The translations under genes were made by a program, and so were the position numbers. The notes below the pieces were generated by a model, which worked only from the letters and a program-made list of their open reading frames with translations, had not been told where the DNA came from and made no database searches. Source: Microgenomates group bacterium Gr01-1014_16 (GTDB lineage Bacteria; Patescibacteriota; Microgenomatia; CAZETR01; Amesbacteraceae). Taken from it: DNA of 64,000 nucleotides. The stretch spans positions 61,747-125,746 of the forward strand of contig VMGA01000001.1 of the NCBI GenBank assembly GCA_007376345.1, given 5' to 3'. Below are positions 19,431 to 31,649 of the stretch, piece after piece. Numbering within the stretch: the stretch's first letter is position 1; each line of letters opens with the position of its first letter.

Positions 19431-20212
19431 AAAAGGAGTGGCAAGTTCCAGAATATGAAAAAATTGAGTTTAAAAAAAAGACATGCAAGTATTGCCTGGT
19501 TATTCCGGTTATTAATGAAGGAAATAAATTTATAAATCAGCTAAAAAAACTTAAACCGTATGCTAAACTAGCAGACATTATTGTGGCCGACGGCGGAAGC
19601 ACAGATGGATCGACTGACCTTGGGGAGCTTAAGAGACTGGGAGTGACAACTCTTTTAGTTAAGACCGGACCCGGGAGGCTAGGAGCCCAGTACCGAATGG
19701 CGTATGCCTGGGCACTTAAACGAGGATATCAAGGTGTTGTACAAATGGATGGAAATGGTAAGGATTCGCCTGAATCAATTCGAAGATTTATAAATCTTTT
19801 GGATCAGGGTTTTGATTACATACAAGGATCCAGGTATGCAAAGGGAGGTTGGGCAATCAATACACCGCTGGAGCGAGAAATGGCAAACAGATACTTGTTT
19901 ACCCCAATTCTATGTATGGCTGCAGGTAAGATATATACTGATACCAGTAATGGGCACCGGGCATACAGCAGAAAATTGCTACTAGACCCCGGTTTGAAAC
20001 TGTTTAGAGATGTCTTTAGCAATTATGAGATTTTGTTTTATGTGACAGCCAGAGCGAACAGGTTGGGGCTTAGAAGCACAGAGATTCCAGTGACTCGCAG
20101 TTACCCCCCTGCGGGTGAGACACCGACGAAGATAGTAGGGTGGAAAAAGAAATTTGACGTACTGGGGATGGCTATAAAAGCGGCAATTGGTTACTATAAT
20201 CCCAGGGATTGA
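19427..20212 (+). CDS. GT2 polyprenol-phosphate glycosyltransferase (DPM1-like)
   Basis: VIPVINEG, ADGGSTDGS, MDGNGKD, GSRY, TDTSNGHRAYS. ATGA overlap sets the start at 19427. Confidence 0.88.
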   Translation: MKKEWQVPEYEKIEFKKKTCKYCLVIPVINEGNKFINQLKKLKPYAKLADIIVADGGSTDGSTDLGELKRLGVTTLLVKTGPGRLGAQYRMAYAWALKRGYQGVVQMDGNGKDSPESIRRFINLLDQGFDYIQGSRYAKGGWAINTPLEREMANRYLFTPILCMAAGKIYTDTSNGHRAYSRKLLLDPGLKLFRDVFSNYEILFYVTARANRLGLRSTEIPVTRSYPPAGETPTKIVGWKKKFDVLGMAIKAAIGYYNPRD

Positions 20213-21189
20213 CTCCTCATGTTGTGCAACTCGATGGGCCTGCCATCGATGGTGCCATCTTGACTGGGGGGCATATAGACCACGTCTCTGCCGTCGTTTC
20301 TCAATCGGGAATATAACGCAATTAACCTGTTCGGATCTATAGGATGGGTGGTGGATGAATAAATGGGTCGAAGAGAGATGATGGTGTCATCAGGAGAAAA
20401 GGTACGGTTTAGCTCTTCCGGGTCAATCACTGAACCTGCGTGTAACACAAATGATAAAGACATTTTTCTGCCCGTGATACCATGCAGGTTTTTGGCTGCT
20501 CGGGCAATTTCTTCCAGAGGTAAAAGACGGGTGACTCCGGTATGCTGGACACGAAGTGCGTGGTTTGTACTATGAACAGATACTTGAAAATTGGCTGTGT
20601 GGTTAGGGTTTGCCACATTTGCTTTTACTGCTCCCAATCTAAAAGCTTCTAAAACGTTGTAAAGGGTATCTGCAGCAATAGTAGACCAACGGCAAGAATC
20701 ACAGCCAGGAATTTGGGCGACAGTGGCTATTAATTCTGCTATGTGTGGGCTGTAACTCGGGTCTCCCGCAAGAAGTGCTCCCGCCGAAAATGACTCCTCG
20801 GGAGTCAAAATATCCTGCTCTACTCCGATTTTGTGAGCCTCCTTTAAGGCTGATTGAAGTTCTGGGGGAGTAATTGGCCTGGCTAATGTGAGCTTCCGAT
20901 TAGTTTCTAGTTCATAGAGCTTGGCCATGATTGTCCGACCAAACGGGCAATCAAGACAATCTGCGGGGCAGACTCCATTTAAAGTGACCCCGAACAGGAG
21001 TTTGTGTTCGCCCCGCTTAATTCTTGTCCTGCCATGAACAAAGTCTGAAAAATGCTCTGGGGATGGATTGAAAACGTCGTTTCCGTAGGAATGTTCCCAT
21101 TCTGCTTGAAAGGTACCTCCGTTCAAGGGAAAAAGCATCTCCATATCTCCGTTCGTTTGTCTAACCAGGTTTTCTGCTTCCTTGAGCAT
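20194..21189 (-). CDS. Radical SAM protein, divergent RlmN/Cfr-like fold
   Basis: CPADCLDC (CxxxCxxC), AGDPS (GEP-like), QVSVHSTNHALR (like AISLHAxxxxxR), SLSFVL. Confidence 0.65.
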   Translation of the reverse strand: MLKEAENLVRQTNGDMEMLFPLNGGTFQAEWEHSYGNDVFNPSPEHFSDFVHGRTRIKRGEHKLLFGVTLNGVCPADCLDCPFGRTIMAKLYELETNRKLTLARPITPPELQSALKEAHKIGVEQDILTPEESFSAGALLAGDPSYSPHIAELIATVAQIPGCDSCRWSTIAADTLYNVLEAFRLGAVKANVANPNHTANFQVSVHSTNHALRVQHTGVTRLLPLEEIARAAKNLHGITGRKMSLSFVLHAGSVIDPEELNRTFSPDDTIISLRPIYSSTTHPIDPNRLIALYSRLRNDGRDVVYMPPSQDGTIDGRPIELHNMRSQSLGL

Positions 21190-21247
21190 AGATTAACTTA
21201 CTATTCTAACACTAAAAGCAATTCGGCTGTAATATAATGAAATGTCG

Positions 21248-22783
21248 ATGAAGCTGGCAAAGTTATTTTTGGGTGTTGTTTTAGTTTATGGAATCGTCTG
21301 GCGAAGTTTACCCGGGGTGGATAAGCTTTTTTATTGGAGGGATGATTGGGTTTTTTTATGGTCAAACAAAAATAACCCTCCGATTTTATACAATGAAATT
21401 GGGGGCCCGGCGTGGTGGATTAAGAGCGGATTATTTCATCCGGCTTACGCTCGGATGTTTGGGAAAATTCCGGTTGAAACTCTTCAGTTTTCAGGAGTAG
21501 TCATTAAAACCATTAACAGCTTTGTTGTTGGGTTATTGGTTTATTCACTAGTACGTAAGAAATTACCAGCATTTTTGGCTATGCTTTTATTTGCCAGCTA
21601 CGGCGGGGCGGCGGAGGCGTACACATGGCACAGGATAACCGGAGTAGCGATGGGCTTTGCCACGCTGGCATTTGCTTTTCACAACTTTTTCTTGTCCAGT
21701 ACTAAAAAAATCTATTTGGTGGGCGTGCTGGCGGCATCAGTTGTCGCTCTATTTAGTTACTTTGGCAGAGTAGTGGGTATTTTTCCTTTATTTATTTTTT
21801 CCACGTCCTTGACTATGTACGAGAGATTTAAAAAGGAATATCTGGTTTATAGCTTATTTCTGATACTTTTGTTTTTGGGATTATTCGCTTTTACTAGAAC
21901 TAGCATTAATGCCGCTTCTGGGTCCGTCGTGGCCGAGACAATACTTAGTGAAATTAGTGATTATAAAAATATTAAAGTCTACTTCTCAAATTTGGGAAAT
22001 TTAGCTCAAAGTTCATTTGTAAAATTACCAGAATTGGGGGGACTGATCGGCTCAATCTCCCCTCTTAGTTTATTTATTGGATGTGGACTGTTCGCTCTCT
22101 GGATAATCTCTATTTTGGTTTTTGCGATAACCAGATCCAAATTTTTCAAATTAGTTGCTATTTGCTTGGCTTGGTTGTTTTTAACTTATTTTCCCAATTG
22201 GATGTATGCCGGTGGTGGACCGGGCACGATGATAGGTTCAGCGCATAGATATTTTGCAGTGTCCGCTATTTTTTTTCCTCTGATCGCGGGTATTGTTTTC
22301 TCAAGGATTTCCAAAACTTCCCAAATAGTTTTGTTTATTATCCTGCTAGCTTTATCTCTTAACTACTCGAGGTATCTTTTGGACAAAGAAAAATACTTAC
22401 GTGATTCTGGTAAGGTCCTCAAAGTTTATCGGGAAATCGTGAGGGAAACCGAAACCGACCCTCTGCCAAGATTAATAGTAATCGATACCCAGCTGGATTA
22501 CTTGGCTACTGGATGGTTTCCTTACGCTTATGGATACTATAAAGGGATACGAGAGCGAGAAAATTTTCCGCCGGTTTTTGCCAACTTGGACGCGGCGATA
22601 AAGTGGTTATGCGCACCCTCCCTTGAAGACAGAGAGGCGCTGGGGTCGATGTATGGCGTGCCTAGTTATCAAAAAGACAGACCAGTGCTCGCGGAAAACA
22701 TCTACGCGTGGAGGTTTTCTAAAGAAGGAGAGCTTAGCAATTTGACCAGCTCTCTTAGAGACCACTTAAAACAATGCAACTAG
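21248..22783 (+). CDS. Polytopic membrane protein, GT-C-like putative glycosyltransferase
   Basis: WRDDW acidic motif after the first TM helix, many TM segments, HRYF. Similar architecture to 14580..16340. TATAAT at 21233-21238 favours ATG 21248. Confidence 0.65.
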   Translation: MKLAKLFLGVVLVYGIVWRSLPGVDKLFYWRDDWVFLWSNKNNPPILYNEIGGPAWWIKSGLFHPAYARMFGKIPVETLQFSGVVIKTINSFVVGLLVYSLVRKKLPAFLAMLLFASYGGAAEAYTWHRITGVAMGFATLAFAFHNFFLSSTKKIYLVGVLAASVVALFSYFGRVVGIFPLFIFSTSLTMYERFKKEYLVYSLFLILLFLGLFAFTRTSINAASGSVVAETILSEISDYKNIKVYFSNLGNLAQSSFVKLPELGGLIGSISPLSLFIGCGLFALWIISILVFAITRSKFFKLVAICLAWLFLTYFPNWMYAGGGPGTMIGSAHRYFAVSAIFFPLIAGIVFSRISKTSQIVLFIILLALSLNYSRYLLDKEKYLRDSGKVLKVYREIVRETETDPLPRLIVIDTQLDYLATGWFPYAYGYYKGIRERENFPPVFANLDAAIKWLCAPSLEDREALGSMYGVPSYQKDRPVLAENIYAWRFSKEGELSNLTSSLRDHLKQCN

Positions 22784-23364
22784 CAGATATAACAACACAA
22801 TATAGAGGAAAACTAATCATTGGCTCCTACAAAAAGTGGTTAAAGCCGGGAGAATCGGTGTTGGATGTTGGATGTGGAAACGGAGTAATTTCGGATATTT
22901 TGCGGTGGCATTTTAACTTAAGCTTAGTTGGGTGTGATATTGCTAGTTACTTAACTCGAAATATCCAATTTGTCAAAATGACTAATGAAACACGTCTCCC
23001 TTTTAAAGCAAAACAATTTGATGTGGTCATGTTTAACGACGCGCTGCATCACACTGAATTTAGTTACCAGGAACAACTTTTGGAGGAGGGGTTGAGGGTG
23101 GGTAGACAAATTTTAATTTTTGAACTGATACCAACCAGGATAACGAAGTTGTTTGACTGGGCAATAAATATGTTTCACTACTGGAAAATGCAGATTCCAT
23201 TCACTTACCGGACCGAAGCACAATGGGAAGAAGTTTTTAAGCGACTTGGGCTTAAATACACCCGAGTTGAAGTGTCTCGACCTTGGTTATATCCTTTCTC
23301 GCACCAAGTTTACTGCTTAAATAAATTTAACTTTTCGAGCGGCAAAAAGAACCATTCGAAGTAA
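22774..23364 (+). CDS. Class I SAM-dependent methyltransferase
   Basis: VLDVGCGNG, LPFKAKQFDVV, ALHH motifs. Confidence 0.88.
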   Translation: MQLADITTQYRGKLIIGSYKKWLKPGESVLDVGCGNGVISDILRWHFNLSLVGCDIASYLTRNIQFVKMTNETRLPFKAKQFDVVMFNDALHHTEFSYQEQLLEEGLRVGRQILIFELIPTRITKLFDWAINMFHYWKMQIPFTYRTEAQWEEVFKRLGLKYTRVEVSRPWLYPFSHQVYCLNKFNFSSGKKNHSK

Positions 23365-24693
23365 TAATAGCCCGTGTTCGAAGCGGCTAATGTTTGTTTT
23401 GCCATACGACCGTTGCCTATATCGAATTGGAATTTCTAAAATCTTAAGGTTAAGTTTAGCAGCGCCAAAAATCAGGTCAAAATCGCCAAAGGGATCAAAG
23501 TCTCCAAAATGCTTTCTATTCGCAATGATTTTTTGATAATTACTTTTAACAATAACCTTGGTACCGCAGAGAGTATCTTTAATACGTTGACCTAAAAGAA
23601 AAGTAAATAGCAGACTAAAAACTTTATTACCTATTACGTTGAGAGTCCTCATTGCTAGTTTTTCCATGGGGTAAATAAGCCTTGAGCCCATGACCAGATC
23701 TCCTTTTCCCGAGGCACAGGTAGAGTAAAACTTGGGTAGTTCCTGCGGAGGTACGGTTAAATCGGCATCTAATATCATAAGCATTTCTCCTCGAGCTTTA
23801 GAAAATCCCAATCTGACCGCGTCTCCTTTTCCATTGCCTTTTTGTTTAAAGACTCTGGCAGACATAGGCCCCTTATATCTTTTTATTTCTTTGAGAATTG
23901 ACTTGTAAGTATCGTCGTTAGAATGGCCTTCTATAAAAATTACTTCCTGCTTTTTTACCAGGCGAGGAATTTTGTCCAGGACCCCGACGATATTACCTGA
24001 CTCGTTTCGGGCGGGGATGACTATTGATACAGAATAATTATTTGAATTTGAAGGAAACGGTCTATAAATGGAGTAGTTTATTAAACCAAGCGAATTGAAA
24101 AACGGTAAGACGGACACAAACTTGTTGAAAAAACCGGAAATATATTTAATTTGATAAGGAAAGATAAACCTTCGACCAGACTTGAGTAATTCGTACGATT
24201 CAAGATGGAATATATTATCGGTATCGTTTGAGTCCAGCCAATTGGGTTGAGAAGTATTTGGCGCCATTAAATTTAACTTCTGGGCTAAATCGAGAAAGGG
24301 TTTCCATAAATAATTGAAATACAACACAATTATCCGAGTGTCTTTGTGAATAAGAGGTTTAAGACCCGAAACAAATTTTTGAACGTCCGTGGTATAGGTG
24401 AGAACATGGGAAATGATAATGTAGTCGAATTTTTGTCTGAGTTTATGCAGTGCCTTATGCTCATTAATAAATTTTATTTTAGGGTAGGTATCCCTAGCAG
24501 CTTTGATAAACGTATCTGAGTACTCAACGCCTGTCTTTTTTTTATTAGGAAGCCTGGATAACGTTTCACCACATTTTGAGCCAAACTCAATTACCGAAGC
24601 ACTTTCCGGAACCAAATGAAGGAGGATTTCTTGAACATAATGATGATAATAGTAATTTAGTTTATAATATTTAAGCCAGTTATTTAATTCCAT
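23317..24693 (-). CDS. Fusion of a methyltransferase-like domain and a GT2 (polyprenol-phosphate glycosyltransferase-like) domain
   Basis: N-terminal VIEFGSKCG..GVE..FDYIIISH; C-terminal SIVIPARNE, LDADL, GSRL, DTLCGTK, DPFGDFDL. Start taken at ATG 24693. Confidence 0.85.
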   Translation of the reverse strand: MELNNWLKYYKLNYYYHHYVQEILLHLVPESASVIEFGSKCGETLSRLPNKKKTGVEYSDTFIKAARDTYPKIKFINEHKALHKLRQKFDYIIISHVLTYTTDVQKFVSGLKPLIHKDTRIIVLYFNYLWKPFLDLAQKLNLMAPNTSQPNWLDSNDTDNIFHLESYELLKSGRRFIFPYQIKYISGFFNKFVSVLPFFNSLGLINYSIYRPFPSNSNNYSVSIVIPARNESGNIVGVLDKIPRLVKKQEVIFIEGHSNDDTYKSILKEIKRYKGPMSARVFKQKGNGKGDAVRLGFSKARGEMLMILDADLTVPPQELPKFYSTCASGKGDLVMGSRLIYPMEKLAMRTLNVIGNKVFSLLFTFLLGQRIKDTLCGTKVIVKSNYQKIIANRKHFGDFDPFGDFDLIFGAAKLNLKILEIPIRYRQRSYGKTNISRFEHGLLLLRMVLFAARKVKFI

Positions 24694-24708
24694 AAACGAG
24701 AGGATTAT

Positions 24709-27601
<2,893 letters not shown>

Positions 27602-27618
<17 letters not shown>

Positions 27619-28690
27619 ATATATTTTCTATTAACTTTAGACTAAGGTGAGTTGATTTATCCCAAGTAAATTCCTTAGACCAGGACTTGGCGCTGGTGGA
27701 AATTTGCCGGTATAAAGACTGGTCCCTTATTAATTTGGTAATAGTCTGGGACAGGCAAATTATATCGCCTTTGGGGCAAAGAAAGCCGGTAATTTGGTGT
27801 TTTATGGAGTCGCGGCAGCCGGGGACGTCGTAGGCAACAACCGGGGTACCTACAGAATTGGCTTCGATGTTGACCAAGCCCCAGCCTTCCCTGACGGAGG
27901 GATTAAGCATGACGTGGGCTCTGGCTAACAGTTCAAATTTCTTATGCTCGTCAACAAATCCCCAGAACTTAACGTTTTGGGGAATTTGGAGACTACTTAG
28001 ATATTTATCTTCGCCCTTACCGACCACCCAAAATTGCCATTGGGGACGGATGGCAACTAACGCGTCTTCGATGCCCTTATCTTTGGCAATGGCGCCTAAA
28101 AAAATAACGGTAGGCTTTTTTTCCTTGGGAAAGTTGGCCGGAAGAGAAATTACTCCGTTTGGGATAATATGAATGTGGGAAGGGGGAATTGACCAATCGA
28201 CCAGGTCGTTTTTGGTAGATTGAGAGACGGTGAAGAAGGGGATACGACGATAAAATAACTTGAAAATGAAAGGTTCGAGAAAAAAGCCGATGGCGCCGAA
28301 TAAATAATTGACGGGGAAGCGCAAATGATTTATCCACCAAACTTCTTTGGCCACCTCATGGATAAAAGCCAATTTTTTGGTTCTGACAAAAAGAGGGGTA
28401 AAAAAGGGGATTCCATGGAACTGATCAACGACCAGATCAAACTTGGGATGGGGAGAAAAAAGATACCAGAGAACCGCTTCAAGCTGGACCTGCAGTATTT
28501 GAAATCCTCTTCGAATTATGTGAATTTGGTCAATAATTTCCTCTGGAGGAAGACTTGGAGTGCCTGATGTGAACCAAAAAACCTGGTGGCCGGCATTTGC
28601 CCAGGCTTTGAGATGCTCAAGGGTAACTATTTCGGCCCCGCCGGCGTTGGGATGGCGGGGACCACGCCAGGAAAGCATGAGGATATTCAT
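27602..28690 (-). CDS. Glycosyltransferase family 4
   Basis: HPNAGGAE, PSVREGWGLVNIEA motifs. Confidence 0.92.
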
Positions 28691-29799
28691 AACTTATTAA
28701 TTATGTTTGCGAATTCCCGATAACTTTTGTCCCAGCTAAATGAAAGCGCGCGAATATAGGCAAGTTTGCTAAGTTTGTCGCGAAGAGTAGAATTTTTGAT
28801 TAAACTTGTCATCGCTTCGGCAATTTCTTCAGGGGGCGGGTTGGGAGAGATGACGATACCGGTTTGGTTATTGACTACTGAATCCACAAGGCCGCTGACA
28901 CCGGCCACAATGGCTGGAGTTGCGCAGGCCGCGCATTCGGTGACCGTCATCCCCCAGCCTTCTTTAACCGAGGGAAAAATCAGAGCCCAGGCCTGCTGCA
29001 TAAGTTTGACCTTGGCATCTTTGGGATTTTTGGTGAAAAACCAGGTGTTTTTATCGGCGAAAATAACAGTTGATTGGAGGCGCAAATCATCACGAAGTTT
29101 TTCCAAACGCGGTCTATCGTAACCGGTACCGACTATGACTAGCCTGGCGTCGGGATATGCCCGGTTAACGATGGCCATAGCCTGAATGGCCAAGTCGGTG
29201 CGTTTCATTCTAACCAGCCGGTTAACGCAGATAAAAAGGGGAGTGGAAGATTTTTTACCCGGAAAATAGCGATTATGGTCTACTCCCAGAGAAAATGTTT
29301 GAATATTGGCTGTGGGAACGCCCAGCGAAACAAGATCGTTTTTCGTACTTTTGGCATAACACAAAAAGGGAGTGCGGTGATAGGTGAGATATTGAAGCTT
29401 TTCAAAAAGAATTCCCAGACGGGAAATAAGCATTGGATACTCGTAAAAAAAGACGTCTTGGGCCACCTGATTGAGATAGGCTACCTTTTTTGACCTCAAT
29501 GCCCATATCGGGGTTTGCCAATAAATAGTATTGGAGATATCGATAACTAAATCGGACTGGTGAGACAAAGACCAATAATAATGCACGGCAAAAAAATACA
29601 TGGTGAAGAGATTGCCGCGCCTAATTACGTTGATACCGTCTATTATTTCTGAAGGTAAGCCGTTTTTGAAACTACGGCAAAACCAGGTAACTTGGTGGCC
29701 ATCAGCAACCAGGCGTTTGGCCAACTCGTAGACGATGATCTCCGCCCCGCCGACCTGGGGATGCAAGATGTCTTTCCAGTTGAGAATGAGGATGTTCAT
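28687..29799 (-). CDS. Glycosyltransferase family 4 (paralog of 27602..28690)
   Basis: HPQVGGAE, PSVKEGWGMTVTEC motifs. Confidence 0.92.
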   Translation of the reverse strand: MNILILNWKDILHPQVGGAEIIVYELAKRLVADGHQVTWFCRSFKNGLPSEIIDGINVIRRGNLFTMYFFAVHYYWSLSHQSDLVIDISNTIYWQTPIWALRSKKVAYLNQVAQDVFFYEYPMLISRLGILFEKLQYLTYHRTPFLCYAKSTKNDLVSLGVPTANIQTFSLGVDHNRYFPGKKSSTPLFICVNRLVRMKRTDLAIQAMAIVNRAYPDARLVIVGTGYDRPRLEKLRDDLRLQSTVIFADKNTWFFTKNPKDAKVKLMQQAWALIFPSVKEGWGMTVTECAACATPAIVAGVSGLVDSVVNNQTGIVISPNPPPEEIAEAMTSLIKNSTLRDKLSKLAYIRALSFSWDKSYREFANIINKL

Positions 29800-29801
29800 A
29801 C

Positions 29802-30806
29802 TTATTTGATGTTATTTGTAATGACGGCGTATCCATAACCCAGAAGAAATAACCAGCACGCGATCGGGTGCAGGAACCAGGCAATGTCCCGGATTTTGAT
29901 GTAGCCGGCTAGAGACTCCGACAAGGGCCGCACAATGGTCACGGTATAAACAATAAATTTGATCAGGTTAAACACGTCACTTTCCGATCTGGAGTTGAAA
30001 ACCAGATATCTCCTGTGTTTAGAAAGTTTTTGATGGTGGAGAGACATATATTCCACTCGCTTTTTAATGTTGTTAATAATAGTTGACCCCGTGTCATGAA
30101 CCACTGGGACATCGACGACTGCGTGCAGGTCATGACCGTCGGTCAATGCGTCATATAAAATGTCTGTGTGGAAAAAGGATTCGATGGGAATATTGCGGTA
30201 TTTAATGAATTTTTTTCTAATAATTGCTCCATTGCTCCCAAGCGTGGGAAAATCAGCGGCAGTGAAATGAACAACTGTGTAACCCGGTTGTTGCGATACT
30301 ATTTGCCAGGGTCTGGTCCAATTGTTGTCTGTCCATTTGAGCCTGTCGGTCTTTTTTAAATAGTAAGAGACGGGATCGTGTCCTCCAAATAACGCTACGT
30401 ATCTGTTGAAGGGGGTTTGAGTGGATAAGTATTGATAATGCAACGTGAAGGAGCTTACTATGCTAGGATTTTCCAACAAGGGCTTGACCATGCGAGACAT
30501 CCAATCGGGACTAAGAAGATAGTTGTCTGAATCAAGAACGCAGATAAAGCCAAACTTGGCTCGTTGATAACCAATTATTCGTCTACCTTCCATGTTGTCT
30601 TTAAACCCTGCATGGATGACCCGGAGGTTGAGTTTTTTTAAATAGGATTTGATAATTCGAATGGACTCGTCTGTGCTGCCGCCATCAAGAATCAGCACAT
30701 CTAATCGAGACCGAGGATAATCCTGAAGGACTAATCCGTCCAAACATTTGGCGATAGTCCGTTCGGAGTTGTAAATTGGTATAATTACAGTGATTCCCGG
30801 AGTCAT
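29802..30806 (-). CDS. Glycosyltransferase family 2
   Basis: VIIPIYNSE, DGGSTD, LDSDN, PTLGSNG motifs. Confidence 0.9.
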   Translation of the reverse strand: MTPGITVIIPIYNSERTIAKCLDGLVLQDYPRSRLDVLILDGGSTDESIRIIKSYLKKLNLRVIHAGFKDNMEGRRIIGYQRAKFGFICVLDSDNYLLSPDWMSRMVKPLLENPSIVSSFTLHYQYLSTQTPFNRYVALFGGHDPVSYYLKKTDRLKWTDNNWTRPWQIVSQQPGYTVVHFTAADFPTLGSNGAIIRKKFIKYRNIPIESFFHTDILYDALTDGHDLHAVVDVPVVHDTGSTIINNIKKRVEYMSLHHQKLSKHRRYLVFNSRSESDVFNLIKFIVYTVTIVRPLSESLAGYIKIRDIAWFLHPIACWLFLLGYGYAVITNNIK

Positions 30807-30808
30807 AT

Positions 30809-31621
30809 TTAAAAATATTTGGGTTGCCAGAACTCCAAATCCGGATTTCGCCGCCAGTTATCACTATTAGAATCGTCGTAATAGTGTTTAATTTTTAGAC
30901 GATAAAAAACTGCCAGTGTATCCTTGAACGCAAGTAAAATTGCTCTGACGAGCCCTTTCGAAATAACGGCACTGGTTTCTTTTTTGGCACTAAGCTCAAG
31001 TTCGACTGGAGCCTCGTATATTTTTTTGAACCCCAAATAGTGGGCGACTGCCAATAATTCAACATCAAATGCCCAGTCTTTCACAAGGACTCTAGGTAAA
31101 ATCGACTTTATTACATCCCTCTTAAATAGTTTTATTCCAACTTGGGTATCGGTGACATTAATATTGAGGAGCAACTTAATTACTATTTGGCTGATTCTTG
31201 ATAAAACCTTACGGACAATAGGATAAACCACTTTAGAAGCCGGATGTCTTTTGGAACCAACAACTATGTCTGCGCTATACCAAATAAAGTGTTGGTATAA
31301 CATTGGCAGACTGTCTGGGTTTATCCCGTTGGCATCGATAAAACCGATAATATTGCCTTTGGCTCTGGCCATGCCAAACCGCACGGCGTGGCCTTTGCCG
31401 CGATTGATTTGATACGACAAAACATGAATATTGGGGGAGGAAACTTTTTTGGCTTTTTCGTATGTCTTATCCATCACGCCGTCAACGACGCAGATTATTT
31501 CGTAGGAAAGACCCATATTTTTTAGGACTTTGTCTAGTTTAAGCAAAGTACCTGAAATGGTTTTTTCTTCTTTGTAGGCCGGTACTACCAGGGTTAAGTA
31601 TGGAGTTGGGGGCGGAGTCAT
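30809..31621 (-). CDS. GT2 dolichyl/undecaprenyl-phosphate glycosyltransferase-like
   Basis: VPAYKEE, NRGKGHAVRFG, GSKRHP, TDTQVGIKLF, AFDVELL motifs. Confidence 0.9.
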   Translation of the reverse strand: MTPPPTPYLTLVVPAYKEEKTISGTLLKLDKVLKNMGLSYEIICVVDGVMDKTYEKAKKVSSPNIHVLSYQINRGKGHAVRFGMARAKGNIIGFIDANGINPDSLPMLYQHFIWYSADIVVGSKRHPASKVVYPIVRKVLSRISQIVIKLLLNINVTDTQVGIKLFKRDVIKSILPRVLVKDWAFDVELLAVAHYLGFKKIYEAPVELELSAKKETSAVISKGLVRAILLAFKDTLAVFYRLKIKHYYDDSNSDNWRRNPDLEFWQPKYF

Positions 31622-31649
31622 TTGGATGGAAGTATATCAAATGTAGGTG

